DNA of 64,000 nt from Octopus bimaculoides (GCF_001194135.2 NC_068992.1:642449-706448), one strand, 5' to 3'. Numbered from the stretch's first letter, positions 40,029 to 54,510 are shown. Notes: generated by a model not told the origin, from the sequence alone. Numbers and translations: made by a program.

Positions 40029-40246
40029 ATAAGTCTACGGTATTGAGCAACATATTTGCTGTAGCTCAAGTTTTACACGAAGACAAAACATGTACACGAT
40101 AATACGTTCAGTCATTTAAAATCAGAAGTTATGAGAAGGAGAGAGTTAGTCCCTTTCACTTGTTTGCCAACCAAAGAATAATAGTACCTTCCCCTCTCTC
40201 CCTCTGTCTCTGTCTCTGTCTCTGTCTCTGTCTCTGTCTCTGTCTG

Positions 40247-40282
<36 letters not shown>

Positions 40283-41679
40283 TGACCCGTTGAATTTTCA
40301 CTTGTTTGCTGACCAATAAATGATGATTGTAAGCCGTGATGCTTTTCCAAACATTGCTATATATATCTAAATATTAGCTGTTCCTTCCTATCTCTGTTTT
40401 TCTTTTCTCTGTATTTACTTAATGTCTCCATCCTGTAAATCTGCAGCCCTTTTTTGTTTTCTAAAAACAGACTATGCTGGCTTTAAATTCCCCCCACTCT
40501 TTCTATCTCTCTCTACACATGCGCGCTGCTTCTTTTAATGTTTTTACTTAGTACCTATCTCCCTCCTTTCTTCTGTCTCTCTTTCTGACACGTTCAATTT
40601 TCACCTGTTCGCTGACCAAACAAGAGCGTGATCATAAGCTGTTTGGCTATAATGAATATTGCTATTGTACATCCCATATTAGCAATCTCCATCTCCATTT
40701 TTTGTTTCCTTATATTTATATAATGTTCCTGTTCTGTTGCACCACTTTTCCGAAACACTTTCCCAGTCCTCCTCACGCTTCTACCTTAGATCCAGAATTT
40801 TGGTAGACCAATCAAACTGCTTGTAAGCTCATTAAAATAATGTAGCTGAGGAGTTGCAGAAATGGGAGGTTCTGAAATATCTCACTGTGTTCGAAAATAA
40901 GACTGGTCGGTGAAGTTAGCTCTCTATATTCCAGACACAGCAAACCAAACTAGCAGTCCATTTTCTATGGCTACAGAAAGTAGCGAACACAAAGACAAGG
41001 ACAGCAACAGTAACAACTCTAAACAACAATGAAAACAGCTGAGCCACCGTGGCTACAGAGGCCAGTCACTACATGAACAAAAGCAATGACAGTAGCAGTA
41101 ATGATCATAGAAAGAAGAAGAACAATGACAACAGAGCTATCGTGGCTACAGGAAATAGGCAGAACAACGGAAATAATAAGAAAGACATTAAGAACGCTAA
41201 AAGGAACAATAGAGCTTATAACAGAGCCACCACCACCCCCTCCACCACCGCCGACAACCACAAGCAAATAAAAACACAAGGGAACAATTTTGAACAACAT
41301 TTCTGTTGAATTTTCTTCTTCATTTGATTTAGACTAAAATTGATGTGTTGATTTCAGAACTGCAGTTAGTTTTCTTCTATCACACAGCTTACTCTCTGAA
41401 TAAGCTCAATTGTATTGTCTGTCCCCAAGTAAAAGATCTGGTCAGCTGCTTTTAATATTTTATTGATTACCCTGGGGAACATTTCTGAAAGAAATTTTCG
41501 TTGTCTTTGCTTTTAATAATTAGTCCAACCTAATTTGACGTTGTTGGATGCAGGAATGAGCTTAGAAATTTTCAATCATGTCCAGTGTTTGTGTCACCTC
41601 ATCGCCATATCCCTCACTATGAGCGAAACATCTTGTGGACAGAACTACACAGTCAGCATCTCAGAAAGATACAGAACGT

Positions 41680-42190
41680 CGCAACAGAGGAGTAGTGGTT
41701 ATGACTGGAGAATGGAAACATAAGAACGAAGCAGGATTCCTAATGGCTGCTCAAAGCCAGTCATTGCAGGCGAATATCATTAAGACCAAAATAGACAAAT
41801 CCGTCAAAAATGCTGAGTAAATAATGAGAAAGATGGAACTATTATGCACATAAGATCCTGAAGTCTTTTGGTACAGACGGAATATAGATTCAGATAGAAT
41901 TATGTGGCCAAGACACTACTCTGAGACATGTTACGGCAAAGAGAATTAAAGCAGGAACAAAATGGTGCGAACATCAAATAGAAATTGTAATACAGAACCA
42001 CCGATACAGGTTTTTATGGGATCTTCATGTACAGACTGATCGAGAAATTCATAGCAGGCGACCAGATATGGTTCTTAACAAGCGGGAAAAGTGTGCACCT
42101 AGAAAAGTACGATGACTGTGGAGGGTTTCCACAAAAGTAATCCCAGTTGCTATAGATGCCGTAGGTACAGTCACCAACAGACTTTACAAT
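41680..42190 (+). pseudogene. R4/Dong-like 3' fragment (RLE region)
   Basis: EAGFLMAAQSQSLQANIIKTKIDKS; KWCEHQ; FLWDLHVQTDREIHSRRPDMV; KVIPVAIDAVGTV. Confidence 0.8.
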
Positions 42191-42470
42191 TTATTGATTC
42201 TGGAAGGATGAAAAGTGAAGTTGACCGTGGCAACGTTTGAACCCATGACATAAGGTTGAACCTTTAAGGCAAAACATTACTTTAAAAGCTCTAAACATTC
42301 TACCGGCTCGCCATTTTTAATGGTTTCTGATATAGGTACAAGACTAGTCATTCTGAAAGTTGGCGGTTAACCGAACCAGCAACAGAAGTATTTAACTGGT
42401 ATGTTATGTTATCAACGCTGAAAGGATGAAAAGTAAAGATGACCTCGACCGGTTTGAAGTTAAACGTAAA
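42190..42470 (-). mobile_element. Two degenerate SINE family A pieces
   Basis: aaggatgaaaagtgaagttgacc and aaggatgaaaagtaaagatgacctcgac cores. Confidence 0.55.
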
Positions 42471-42489
42471 GTACACACGTACACACACA

Positions 42490-42548
<59 letters not shown>

Positions 42549-42684
42549 GTACACCCCCCCCACACACACACAAAAATTACTGGCAGTAACCCCGCAGGCC
42601 TCCTTTTTTTTTTAACGATCTATCGATTCTACCAATCCAACCAACTGAACAACGTTAATAATAAATTCCGAATAATGTAGACAT

Positions 42685-42772
42685 TATTGACAGGTGTAAG
42701 AGTTAATAGTATAGGAGGGTATAAGAGTTAATAGCATTAACGGGTATAAGAGCTACTAGTATTGACGGGTAT
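42685..42772. repeat. About 25-bp minisatellite, about 3.5 copies
   Basis: gtataagagttaatagcattaacgg-like units. Confidence 0.7.
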
Positions 42773-43219
42773 GCAGATAACCCGTATATATTAGCATTTG
42801 AATGAAAACCGATGTGTAGAGCTGAGAATCAATTATTGGGAGCTAAAGAATACTCTAGTTATCCAGGAAGTGACACACATATTTCGAAATGGCAAAGGTC
42901 GGTTACGAAAATGGAGATTATCCGGAGTAATAAAATGGTAAGAGGAGGCAAGGAAAGCTGAGAATATAAAGTGATTGTAAAGTGGATGAATGAACGAATG
43001 AAAAACAAAATGAAGCCAGGCTGGTGAAGCATTTAGATCAATAGAGAAATATTTCAGCCTGATCTCTTTGTTGTAGTTGTTTATGATACGCATGATATAT
43101 TCAACGCTACTACAATATATAGCGAGCAATTATTTACTTATAGACCACAGGCAGTTTAACGCACATTCTGTTTATCGATGGATGGAAGCTTAATTTCAAA
43201 TAGATTTTGTAATAATATT

Positions 43220-43262
<43 letters not shown>

Positions 43263-43639
43263 TTGAAAAAAAAAGACAGTTTTTTTTTTAGATTTAAAGA
43301 AGATGGAATGAAATTTATTATTAAAAAGAGCAACGTTTTAACAAGGAAAGATACAATACTAGTGAAAGAAACGGAAAACAACAGACAAGAATAGAAACAT
43401 AACCATGACTATAAATATTTCGGTACAATAGAGTTGGATGCGATAAATAAACTATTAGGAGCCATCATTTTAGGAAGCATCGTTTAGGAATGCATATCGC
43501 TTATCTAAGATAAATGGTAAAAGTAATATTCTAACCGTTAACACATTAGCCATATCTATATGCAATATAGTGAAGGAATCTTAAACGAAGATAAACGTGT
43601 GAAGGTTAATTATGGTAAAAATGCAAAGAGTAATTAAGC

Positions 43640-43900
43640 TCTATAAAGTCATCAAACCCTGAAGCGATATTAAGTCTTATATACTTTCGTAAAAAGAATA
43701 AATGGAAGAAAATGAAGGGAACATTACAAGTTATGCATGTTTATAGATCGAGAAAAAAAATCTACAACATGGTAGCTAAAGAAAGTTGCGATAGTTTGCT
43801 TTGTATGGGATTAAGAAGCTGGAAGAGTTATGATTGAAGAATAAATAAGTTCTGAGGAATTTGACCGAAAATATCTCACAAGATTGGAAATACAAATCAA
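43640..43900 (+). pseudogene. Possible RTE-like RT C-terminal relic
   Basis: KWKKMKGTL, KKIYNMV, ALYG; weak. Confidence 0.3.
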
Positions 43901-44145
43901 ACAAACTTAAAACGAATTGACGTGTTTTATAGATGTGGAAGAATACATGAATAAATACAAATTGTAGTAATGCCGGACAGCATGGATCTGTTTGGCTGAG
44001 TAGAGCGATGCAAATCCACTAACTTAATTGTGTTCCTGTAACTGTCTTGTATTCCAGTGTTAATATGTGATACTTTGGTACAAAACTGTACTCGCTGCAA
44101 ACGCTCCCTAATTCCTATTTCTTTATTAATAACACACACGCACAA

Positions 44146-44351
44146 AAGCCGTGAGCTGGCAGAATCGTTAGCATGCCGGACGAAATGCTTAGTGGTATTT
44201 CGTCTGCTGTTACGTTCTGAGTTCAAATTCCGCAGAGGTTGACTTTGCAATTGAGTACCAGTTGAGTACTGGGGTCGATGTAATCGACTTAATCCCTCTG
44301 TCGGTCCTTGTTTGTCCCCTCTATGTTTAGTCCCTTGTGGGCAATAAAGAA
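44146..44351 (+). mobile_element. SINE family A, tail type 1, internal deletion
   Basis: Head and B-box intact; lacks ctttcatcctttcggggtcgataaa. Confidence 0.85.
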
Positions 44352-44352
44352 T

Positions 44353-44555
44353 GAAGAAACGTTAGCATGGTCGGCGAACTGCTTAGCGGTATTTCGTCTG
44401 TCTTTGCGTTTTGAGCTCAAATTCCGCCGAGGTAGACGTTTCCTCTTTTCCTTTCGGGGTCGACAAATTGAGTATCAGTTGAGTACTGGGGTCAATCTAA
44501 TCGACTGGCATCCTCGTCAAAAACGCGGTGCCTTTTGCCTAGAGTAGAATAGAAT
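44353..44555 (+). mobile_element. SINE family A, 5'-truncated tandem copy, tail type 2
   Basis: gaaacgttagca...gagctcaaattccgccgagg...ccttttgcctagagtagaat. Confidence 0.8.
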
Positions 44556-44580
44556 AACATACACGCACACACATACAACT

Positions 44581-44626
<46 letters not shown>

Positions 44627-44689
44627 ACNNNNNNNNNNNNNNNNNNNNNNNNNNNNNNNNNNNNNNNNNNNNNNNNNNNNNNNNNNNNN

Positions 44690-44735
<46 letters not shown>

Positions 44736-45289
44736 ACACACACATACATGTATAAGATTGTTTGTCTCTCACGCATCTTTGTGTGTATAGGTATATTTCT
44801 GACAACAGGAGAACAATCGTTGGTAAAAAGAGAACATTTTTTTCGGTATCCTTTTGCACTATATTAGATTAAGTATACGCCAAATGAGTAGAGCTGACAT
44901 TTTAATCGAAATTATTAATAGTACTATATCAGAATTTCTTTGCGAATCAATGATCACTTAAGTATTAATAAGAAATTATTAAATATTAGTGCTGCACGAA
45001 AAAAAGATAAATTGATTCTACACAGGTAATATCAGTATTACTGGTGCTGCTTCTCTGCTGATTCCGTAATATATTTGATGGGTTTTCCGTTGCTGTGTGG
45101 TAGACATGCAGAGAAGATAACTTATTAACCTAAAACTCATTCCTATATTTTATTTCACCGTACTATGACTATTTAGCAAATATTCATGGATATGCCATGA
45201 TAGTCACACAAAGAGACAACTATTTATTACCAAAAACATATATGTAGTTGTATTTTCTTTCTTTTTCGTTTTTCTCTTCTCTCGATTTT

Positions 45290-45410
45290 TGTCCTCTCTG
45301 TATCTCGTTTTCTTCCGCATTCCTCCTATAGAAGAGGCTGGGTTCGAAACGTCAAAGATTTCTTCTATTTTTCCTGAGCGTCAAACTAATCCTCCAACTG
45401 ATTGTATGAT
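45290..45410 (+). mobile_element. Penelope-like terminal-repeat relic with degenerate hammerhead motif (45320-45359)
   Basis: ctatagaa-gagg-ctgg-gttc-gaaac-gtc-aaagat ... gagcgtcaaactaat; homologous to 1845-1960. Confidence 0.45.
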
Positions 45411-46898
45411 TTGTTGCCTTTTTCTTGCATAGTCATGTATATGTAGCCATATCATACACACAATGTTATCCGAAACAGTAAAACGTAGAACTACGACAAT
45501 AAATCACCGGTGGTAGAACCATCTGTCTAGTTGCGAAAGCGCAAGCGAAGTAGAACAAAGGTTACTGGTAAATCACAGAGTAAGTAATTTACACTTGTTG
45601 TTTATTTCGTTTCTTGTCAACGTAATACGAGGTAGAATACCAGGAATACAATGCAAGGCACAGGGGATACCGGCCTAAGTATCGCAAACGTCAAGCAATT
45701 CCCAATTGTTTCGATATTTGGAGACCGTTTATATAAACGAAAGTGTTGCTATACAATTATTGTTCTAACGTACAATTATAAACTCTTAGCGCGAGACTAG
45801 AATTTCTAACTAACAAACTTCCACTTCATATAATCATCAATAATTACACTAGATGCCAATAAGACCATACGCCCTCCTATTCTGCAAGATGCCCATAAGG
45901 CTTACTTTGAATATGCGATATTATTCTCTTCGGCAAATGACGAGGATTATCTCCTGACCTGATTATTAGATGTTGAAAGGGCACATGCGCTTGAAAGTAG
46001 GGATAATCCAGAGTCGACATATTCCTTCCTTTTGGGATTCATATTTCATTTGCTTCTTTACTCTTTTAAAATCTCTTTTTTACTATTCACTTTTGGTTAA
46101 ATCCCACTTTTAAAGGATTTCATGAAATCTCGGGTAGTCTGGTGATTGAAGTGACCATCTGTCTGGCGAAATTTTAGGCCTTCCTTGTGCTACAGATAGA
46201 AATTATAATCATCATCATCATCGTCGTCGTCGTTCTCTTCCGCCTCCTCTTCCTCCTCCTCGTCATCATCATTATCATTATTATTATTTTTATTTTTATT
46301 TTGTTATTTGTATTGACATTGAATGGAAAGTTTTAATAAAAATATATTTATGTTCGATGGAACAGTCAATCATTAAGAGGAATGAGACAAACGAAAATAA
46401 ATAAAATACTGAAGCAGAGAGAGAGAGAGAGAGAGANNNNNNNNNNNNNNNNNNNNNNNNNNNNNNNNNNNNNNNNNNNNNNNNNNNNNNNNNNNNNNNN
46501 NNNNNNNNNNNNNNNNNNNNNNNNNNNNNNNNNNNNNNNNNNNNNNNNNNNNNNNNNNNNNNNNNNNNNNNNNNNNNNNNNNNNNNNNNNNNNNNNNNNN
46601 NNNNNNNNNNNNNNNNNNNNNNNNNNNNNNNNNNNNNNNNNNNNNNNNNNNNNNNNNNNNNNNNNNNNNNNNNNNNNNNNNNNNNNNNNNNNNNNNNNNN
46701 NNNNNNNNNNNNNNNNNNNNNNNNNNNNNNNNNNNNNNNNNNNNNNNNNNNNNNNNNNNNNNNNNNNNNNNNNNNNNNNNNNNNNNNNNNNNNNNNNNNN
46801 NNNNNNNNNNNNNNNNNNNNNNNNNNNNNNNNNNNNNNNNNNNNNNNNNNNNNNNNNNNNNNNNNNNNNNNNNNNNNNNNNNNNNNNNNNNNNNNNNN

Positions 46899-46929
<31 letters not shown>

Positions 46930-47908
46930 CATATACATATATATGCGTCTCTGAATGAATATAAGTTTCTGTCTATATGCATGTATATATATATATGTGT
47001 GTATGTGTGTGTACGTGTGAGTGTGTGTGTGTATGTGTGTAGTTGTACATGTGGATGTACTTGCCTGTATTTGAGGAACACTTCGACTGGTACTTCTTTA
47101 GAGTGCTCAAAATTTCGTTAGTCTTCAGATTTAAATCCCCAATTTAATTTGATGCTATTTTGATTTGATGTTAGTTTTACAATTGACCCCATATTTGTTA
47201 TTTTTACATAAACATATCCCATCTGTAGAAAATATTTTGTGTACAACTCTTTAAAATGATCAAACTTTAGAAAAAAGGCAAAAAGAAATGGCTTAAATGA
47301 AGATACTTTAAAATGTTTTTCGGGTAAATTTTGTAAATAATTGCTGGTATATATTTTGGAAGGACACAAACCGTTGTGTAAATTCTGTGATAGGCATGTT
47401 CTGACATCTTTAGAGAGCTAAATTCAGATCGAATTCACTTAGTTCAAATTTTTAGCATCAATTAGATAAATGCGTAATTTCATTAAAGAAATGTTGTGCT
47501 TATTATTATGTCAATCCAACTAACTAGTGCCTTTCTAACCCCTATAACACTCTTTAATCTATATACATGCGACTAGTGCATCATACAGACAACAAACAGA
47601 CAACTGCAGAACAGACATTTCTTTTAGAGTTCCTCTCTTCCTATATTCATCTCACAATTTCTTGGAAGGAATTGCTAACAGATTTTTAATTTTATAAAAA
47701 ATACCTTCTAACTCGTACGATGATAAGTGATTATGTGTTCAAAGTGATTATTTCTTTCATTGACTCAGTGGAAGACATTACTATCTGTAATGGAAGATCA
47801 CCCAACTGCCATTAGAATATACTCGATCATTTAGAAAATATTCACTCTAGAAAAGAGTATAAGTCATTCAATCAACTTTGCTTGGATTGCCGATGAAATT
47901 AAGTTCAG

Positions 47909-47972
47909 GTGCTCATAAGCTATATCAAGTTGCTAGTGCGCATCATATCACACCATGGAAATCTTAATCGAG
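47909..47972 (+). other. Candidate exon with Kozak ATG and strong donor (MEILIE)
   Basis: ttcag|G...ACACCATGGAAATCTTAATCGAG|gtgagt. Weak polypyrimidine tract; no downstream exon found. Confidence 0.2.
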
Positions 47973-50489
47973 GTGAGTAATTCCATTTACTAACAGATAA
48001 ACGTAGCAATATTTTATGAATTCCTTGTTTGATGAACGAAATTTATCTACTGTATTTGTATTGTCTTTTAAAACAAACTCAAGTTTCAGACTGAAACTAT
48101 TGCGTGCATATTAATTGATTGTGAAATATGTCGTATGTTTCAATACACGTGTAGAAAGATTTCGGTAAAATAAGGAGACATAGATGGCCATTAGCTGAAG
48201 AATGATATTTCAGCATTCAAAGATTTCCATTCTTACTAATTCTTGTCACCATTCTGCTTCAAATATTTCATGTTATAACTATAATATATACCTGGCTGCA
48301 ATATCATCTCGTGACATTGGCTAAGTGGCGGGTTTTGAGTTATCAGCAGCAGCAGATGCGTTTAATCTGCTCTAGAACAAAGATCACAAAACATCGAATC
48401 CTGTCATTTTTATTGTGATTTTATATATTTTATTTACAACACATCTGAAACACTTGAATATTTTCTGATGACGCTGACATTATATATTCCGTTTATATGA
48501 CTATTTAGCTAGCAACTTACTTGCATCTCTTTTGAAATGACCATATACACTAATTTAGTTTATTGATAATTCGTGCAATTCAGCTTTAAATCTATTTCAT
48601 TATATCCTCGGAAACATAATTTAATACATGCCTATCTCTCCTAAATAATCTTAATAAGTACATTGATATCTGGAAATGATATATCCAAAAGATGTGGATC
48701 TTCATCCTTTTAAACAGCATGAGGGTGAAAGTTAGCTCCAAAATTACAGTCTCCAAATAGAATCACAACACATCTATTTTTATCTTGATCTTTAAATATT
48801 ATTTTAAATTTGTTTCGACGTTACCATATTATAGCTTTAAATTAACTTTGACGCTATGATAATATTTTGCATTTATTTTATTATTTCAACCGAATAGCAA
48901 TTTCTATTTTTGCAGATTTTAAAGCAATATTAAGTTAAATCTTTGACGCTGGCATTCAATTTCAAGCAGTCTATAAAGTTACGTGTTTACTAAACATCGC
49001 ATTATATAATTATTATAATATTACCAATGACTTTATAACTTAGCTCTATGGCGTTTTTAATAATTATATTATTTTAAGATAAGTATATGCGCCCATCTAT
49101 CTCTCTATCTACATTTTCTTTCTGGCTGTCTACTGCTATGTCTATCAAAACGACTTAAGTTTTAAATATAAGGATTAGCGACTGAAGAGACAGAAAATGT
49201 GTAAATAAAACATTAATTCGTGACAGAAAATAGTATCATAGTAAAATCATTTTCAGAATACAACCAAGTAAGTAATAATTTAACATTTCATTAATAACGT
49301 TTTTTATAGCGTTATGACAAAATAATATGCAAGAGAATATTCAATAGTAACTAAAGAAATGTTAATTCCATATCAAGAATATAATTATAGCATTGGAAAA
49401 TACATTTCATTTCTCAAACACCTCATATGAAAATATTTTTCCTTTTCTAGTCACAAGCATATTATTCCAGTATTTTCTGCATTTGAATTTTATAACATTA
49501 ACAACTTTAAATAAATTAAGAATTTGTGTTTTTTTAGTTATTAATTTAATATATTCTTCGTTAATTATTTGAGGAAATTTAAATTCATACCACTCCAATT
49601 AATTAAGAGTTAATTTACTTATTTTCCTTCGAAAGTTCAATCAATTTTCACACAATTAGTGTTAATGTTGAATTTGAGGAAATATAATTAGACTGGAAGC
49701 GTTAGAAGTATTCACACATCTGTAACCTTGAAAGAATATTCCAGCGACACATTCTATTTTCATTTTCTTTCTAAATTACTTCTTTGCTAGTTTAGTTGTA
49801 ATATTCAAACGTGGTTATTCTCGTGCATAAACAATATTCTTAATGGACTTGGGTAATGTAGATTTAGGTTAGATAAAAATTGTGACGCTTTCAATCACAT
49901 GGGATATATTTTAAAAAAAGACATTATTATTTCGTAATTACTTCAATGCTGAATAATAATGAAATATTTAAATCACCCGGATATCTTGTTTGCCATCCAC
50001 CTAGTTCATCGGTTACCGTTACTTCCAAACAATACCAAATTAAAGATAAGGAAATATTCGTGATATCTCCTCTAATAGCTTGGCCGATCGATCGATTAAT
50101 TCTGTTTGTCTGATTATGTTGTTGGTCAAGATGACACTTTAAAATAACTCTTTTCCTAACTGTGTCCTATTTTGCATCTATTCAATGTGACAATCACTAC
50201 GGATACACATTTATTTGGGATGTATGATATCTACAGCAGGGACATCTTTCTCTACAACTGCTACAATCCAAATTGCTACAGAGATTATTGCACAAAGTAA
50301 ACAATACATATTTGGACAATTCAATATTGAAGCTGGACTAATACTGTGCGAATATATTCTATGGTTATTCACTCAATGTTAGAACTAGTGGCAATTTGAT
50401 TTTATTATTTACAGAGATCCCATGTTGTTGTGGAGATATCTAGTCAACTGCAACTACTGCTTTATTATTTCATATTTCCTGATGGACGC

Positions 50490-50790
50490 ATTAGAGAAAT
50501 CCTTAGAGCATCGAACAAAATGCTTTACGTTATGAATTTGACTGGTGCCGGTGTCAAATTTGCCATTCATCCTTTCGGTTCGATGAAATAACGTATCAAT
50601 ATCAATCAAGAACTGGAATTGATGGCATCTTCTAAAACTTTCAACTAAAAAGTGCTATCCTCGTCTCTAACTCAGAAATTATTAAATAAGGTGAGCTGGC
50701 AATGTTCGAGAGAAAGTTCTTTGTGGCGTTTGTTCCAGGCTGCTTCCGTTTTGAGTTTAAATACCCCTCTTCCCCAGACTGACCCCAGTA
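50490..50790 (+). mobile_element. Two very old SINE family A relics
   Basis: tttgccattcatcctttcggttcgatgaaat; aaggtgagctggcaatg...gagtttaaatacc. Confidence 0.45.
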
Positions 50791-51929
50791 TTTGACAGGT
50801 ATGTCAAATAGAAATGTAAAGCAGTTGCATGGTGACATTTAATGTATTAGTATGGTATATATTAACAGGTATACCATACCAACGAGTGCGGTAATACATT
50901 TGCTATTTTTGTATTCATAGATTCAGAATTAAAACCTTCCGGAGAAAATTTTCTAATCGTCCCTCTCGATTCGACATCTTAATCACTGTTCATGTAGATT
51001 TCTATTATGCCATATATTTTGAATGTACCAACTGTCTGATTTGTGACTGAAGTTGTGTAAGCAATAACTCACGGAGCATAGAAGCAGTTTCTGTGGATTG
51101 CTGAAGAATCTAATATTCGAGAAAACCGTGTCCATATGAAGCACAATTAGTATTAAAATCATGTTTTATTTGAAACTTCACTAAAAATATGTTCTTTTAT
51201 TTTTTTCCCTTTCTACCTGTTTTATTCAATGGATTACAGCCGTTTTGGATCAGAACTTTGACAGATGTAATCAACCTAATCACCTCAGTACTTATTTTAA
51301 AAGTTTGGTGCGTATTCTGTCGGTAGTTTTGTCGAACCGTTAGCTTACGGTGACTAAAAGAAATCTCTGTTATTTATACACCATAGAAACGCGAGAGTCA
51401 TCTTACAATTCCTAGGATTGGAGAAAAGAAAATTTACAACGCAAAAAATTTCACTTTTTCATATTAAAACCCTGGAGCAGTGACAATGCAAAAAAAAAAA
51501 AAAGATCTTCTCTTAAAATATTTCTACTTTATTCTTTCATTGACAATGTTTCGTACAACGTTGAGCTATGCTATACGTCACGAAAAATCAGAAGCAGAAG
51601 ACAAGATGTCTGGAATTGTCGCCCAGTATCGTTTATCAACAAATAGTATAATTCTTTTACAGCAATCTGATCTCTTTTTTTTTTTTTAATGATAGAAGTT
51701 TTAATTCTTTTTACTTATTCAAGAAGAGATTCGCAACTTTCTACACGGCTTTCGCAATGGTTGTTGTTATGACAAGAAACTACTGCATTATTGCAGTATT
51801 CGATAAATAAAAATAACTTTGTGGATAAGGAAAGCTAATATTATACTTCTACTTTCATTAGATGTGTTACAAATACAAATGTATAATTCGAATAAGAAAG
51901 ATATAATGTACATGCATACATACATACAT

Positions 51930-51998
<69 letters not shown>

Positions 51999-52163
51999 TA
52001 TATATATATGTATATATATATATGTATATATATATACATATATATATCTACATATATATATATACATATATGTATACATAAATATATATATATATATATG
52101 TATACATATATATATTTATATATATATAGACGTACATATGTGTATATATATATGTGTGTTAAT

Positions 52164-52195
<32 letters not shown>

Positions 52196-52375
52196 GGGGG
52201 GGGGCACCCATATGTATAAATACAAATATAAACATATTTGTTTGTGTACTCCATTCCCGAAAGACATAAATATACCATGAATAAGTTAATGCAGAATGTG
52301 TTATCTATTTTAATCCGTATTAAAGCAAACTGTTAATTATGAATAGCTACAATATTGATATTATAAATATTTGTA

Positions 52376-52411
<36 letters not shown>

Positions 52412-53614
52412 NNNNNNNNNNNNNNNNNNNNNNNNNNNNNNNNNNNNNNNNNNNNNNNNNNNNNNNNNNNNNNNNNNNNNNNNNNNNNNNNNNNNNNNNN
52501 NNNNNNNNNNNNNNNNNNNNNNNNNNNNNNNNNNNNNNNNNNNNNNNNNNNNNNNNNNNNNNNNNNNNNNNNNNNNNNNNNNNNNNNNNNNNNNNNNNNN
52601 NNNNNNNNNNNNNNNNNNNNNNNNNNNNNNNNNNNNNNNNNNNNNNNNNNNNNNNNNNNNNNNNNNNNNNNNNNNNNNNNNNNNNNNNNNNNNNNNNNNN
52701 NNNNNNNNNNNNNNNNNNNNNNNNNNNNNNNNNNNNNNNNNNNNNNNNNNNNNNNNNNNNNNNNNNNNNNNNNNNNNNNNNNNNNNNNNNNNNNNNNNNN
52801 NNNNNNNNNNNNNNNNNNNNNNNNNNNNNNNNNNNNNNNNNNNNNNNNNNNNNNNNNNNNNNNNNNNNNNNNNNNNNNNNNNNNNNNNNNNNNNNNNNNN
52901 NNNNNNNNNNNNNNNNNNNNNNNNNNNNNNNNNNNNNNNNNNNNNNNNNNNNNNNNNNNNNNNNNNNNNNNNNNNNNNNTATATATATATATATATATAT
53001 ATATATGTAATGACTTGTTTGTGTTTTTGTCAATGTATTCAATTTTAGTCGTAATTACTCAGACATTAAAAATATAGTTTTCAAATCAATTATGGTGCGA
53101 TAAAAAATTGCCAGAAAATGTTGGTTATGCAAACAGAGAATATGAATAACAATATGTTACAAATACAAATATATAGTTTGTGGTTCAGAATAATATTTAT
53201 TTATATTGGTAATGACAATTGTTGAATAAACTCTACTACATTAGAATCGTATTTACTGAAGTAACTTGTGGGTAATTAATAATCAACTCTAATTAAGTAT
53301 TATTATAATTTAATTGCATTTAATAAGTATTATTTCATCTACCAGCTGTTTTATTAGCTGGCAAATAAAATATAATTGAAAATGAAATTATATTTGTACT
53401 TTTACAAGCAATTAGATTTACAATATTAACGGCTCTTCGGATTATTGAATACAATAGAATACAGACGTAGTAAAAAGCGCCGCTTGAAGACCTTTGATAG
53501 CATATTTCAAACGTATAGGTTGTTGAATGAATAAAAGTGGTCTCTCTGAATTAATTTTATTTCGTGAAGCGCATAATTACCTTAATAAAAACAGCTGTAG
53601 CTATGAAACAAAGG

Positions 53615-53686
53615 TAGCCTGTAGCCCATAGTACAATCTGCTACAGGCCATAGCCTCTAGTCCATAGTACAATCTGCTATAGGCCA
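53615..53686. repeat. 36-bp tandem duplication
   Basis: tagcctgtagcccatagtacaatctgctacaggcca / tagcctctagtccatagtacaatctgctataggcca. Confidence 0.9.
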
Positions 53687-54114
53687 TAACTAAATGTCCC
53701 TCAATCGCACAATGCTGTCGTAAAAATAATAATGAACATATTAAATGCTTTAGTCTTTGTGACTCTATCTGAAGTGAAGACGGGCTGGAAACAATCAGTT
53801 GGAACGTATTTGATTATAGGTTTACTTGATCAGAGCTGACTTGGGGATAAACAACATCAACTTTAGTAACTATGTGAATTATATTTCTAATAGCTTTAAA
53901 AATTCAATAAGTCATTGATCAATATGCAGTTATTGTGGTTTTGTCCCTATGAAGGAAATCAATATTCTCTTTTTTTCCGTTATTTATAAACGTAAGCTCT
54001 ACCTACGTACGATATTTTATTTACATCTAAATTTATTCAGTAAGTTAAGTGATTTAACCTTATCGTATTGCTGCGTCGTTGACTCGATAGGGAACACACA
54101 CATACATACATACA

Positions 54115-54165
<51 letters not shown>

Positions 54166-54289
54166 TGTGACAATAGCTTAACAATATATCGACTCAGCCA
54201 CGTACATTTTTCATTGTATAGAAAATAAATTTTAACTGCGTAAATGTCGAATGATCCGTTGGTATCTTTCATTTTTTATGCTTAACTTG

Positions 54290-54510
54290 TTTTAGACATT
54301 GGGCTGTGGCCATGAGGTGCCTTAGACGAAAGAATCGACCTTAGTACTTGCTTTGAAGCTTGCTACGCACTCTTTCGCTATGGTATGCCGAACCGCCAAG
54401 TTACGTAGATGTTATCAAGCTAAAACTAGTGGTCAGGCGGTACCAAGGTACAAACACAAAGGTATAACACACATAGATACATTCATCCATACATAAATTC
54501 ATCTCTATAA

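Noticed and set aside
50200-50390. Possible RTE RT fragment (YLGCMIS...EIIAQSK..FGQF)
   Set aside because: Only a few matching residues and no supporting flanking motifs.
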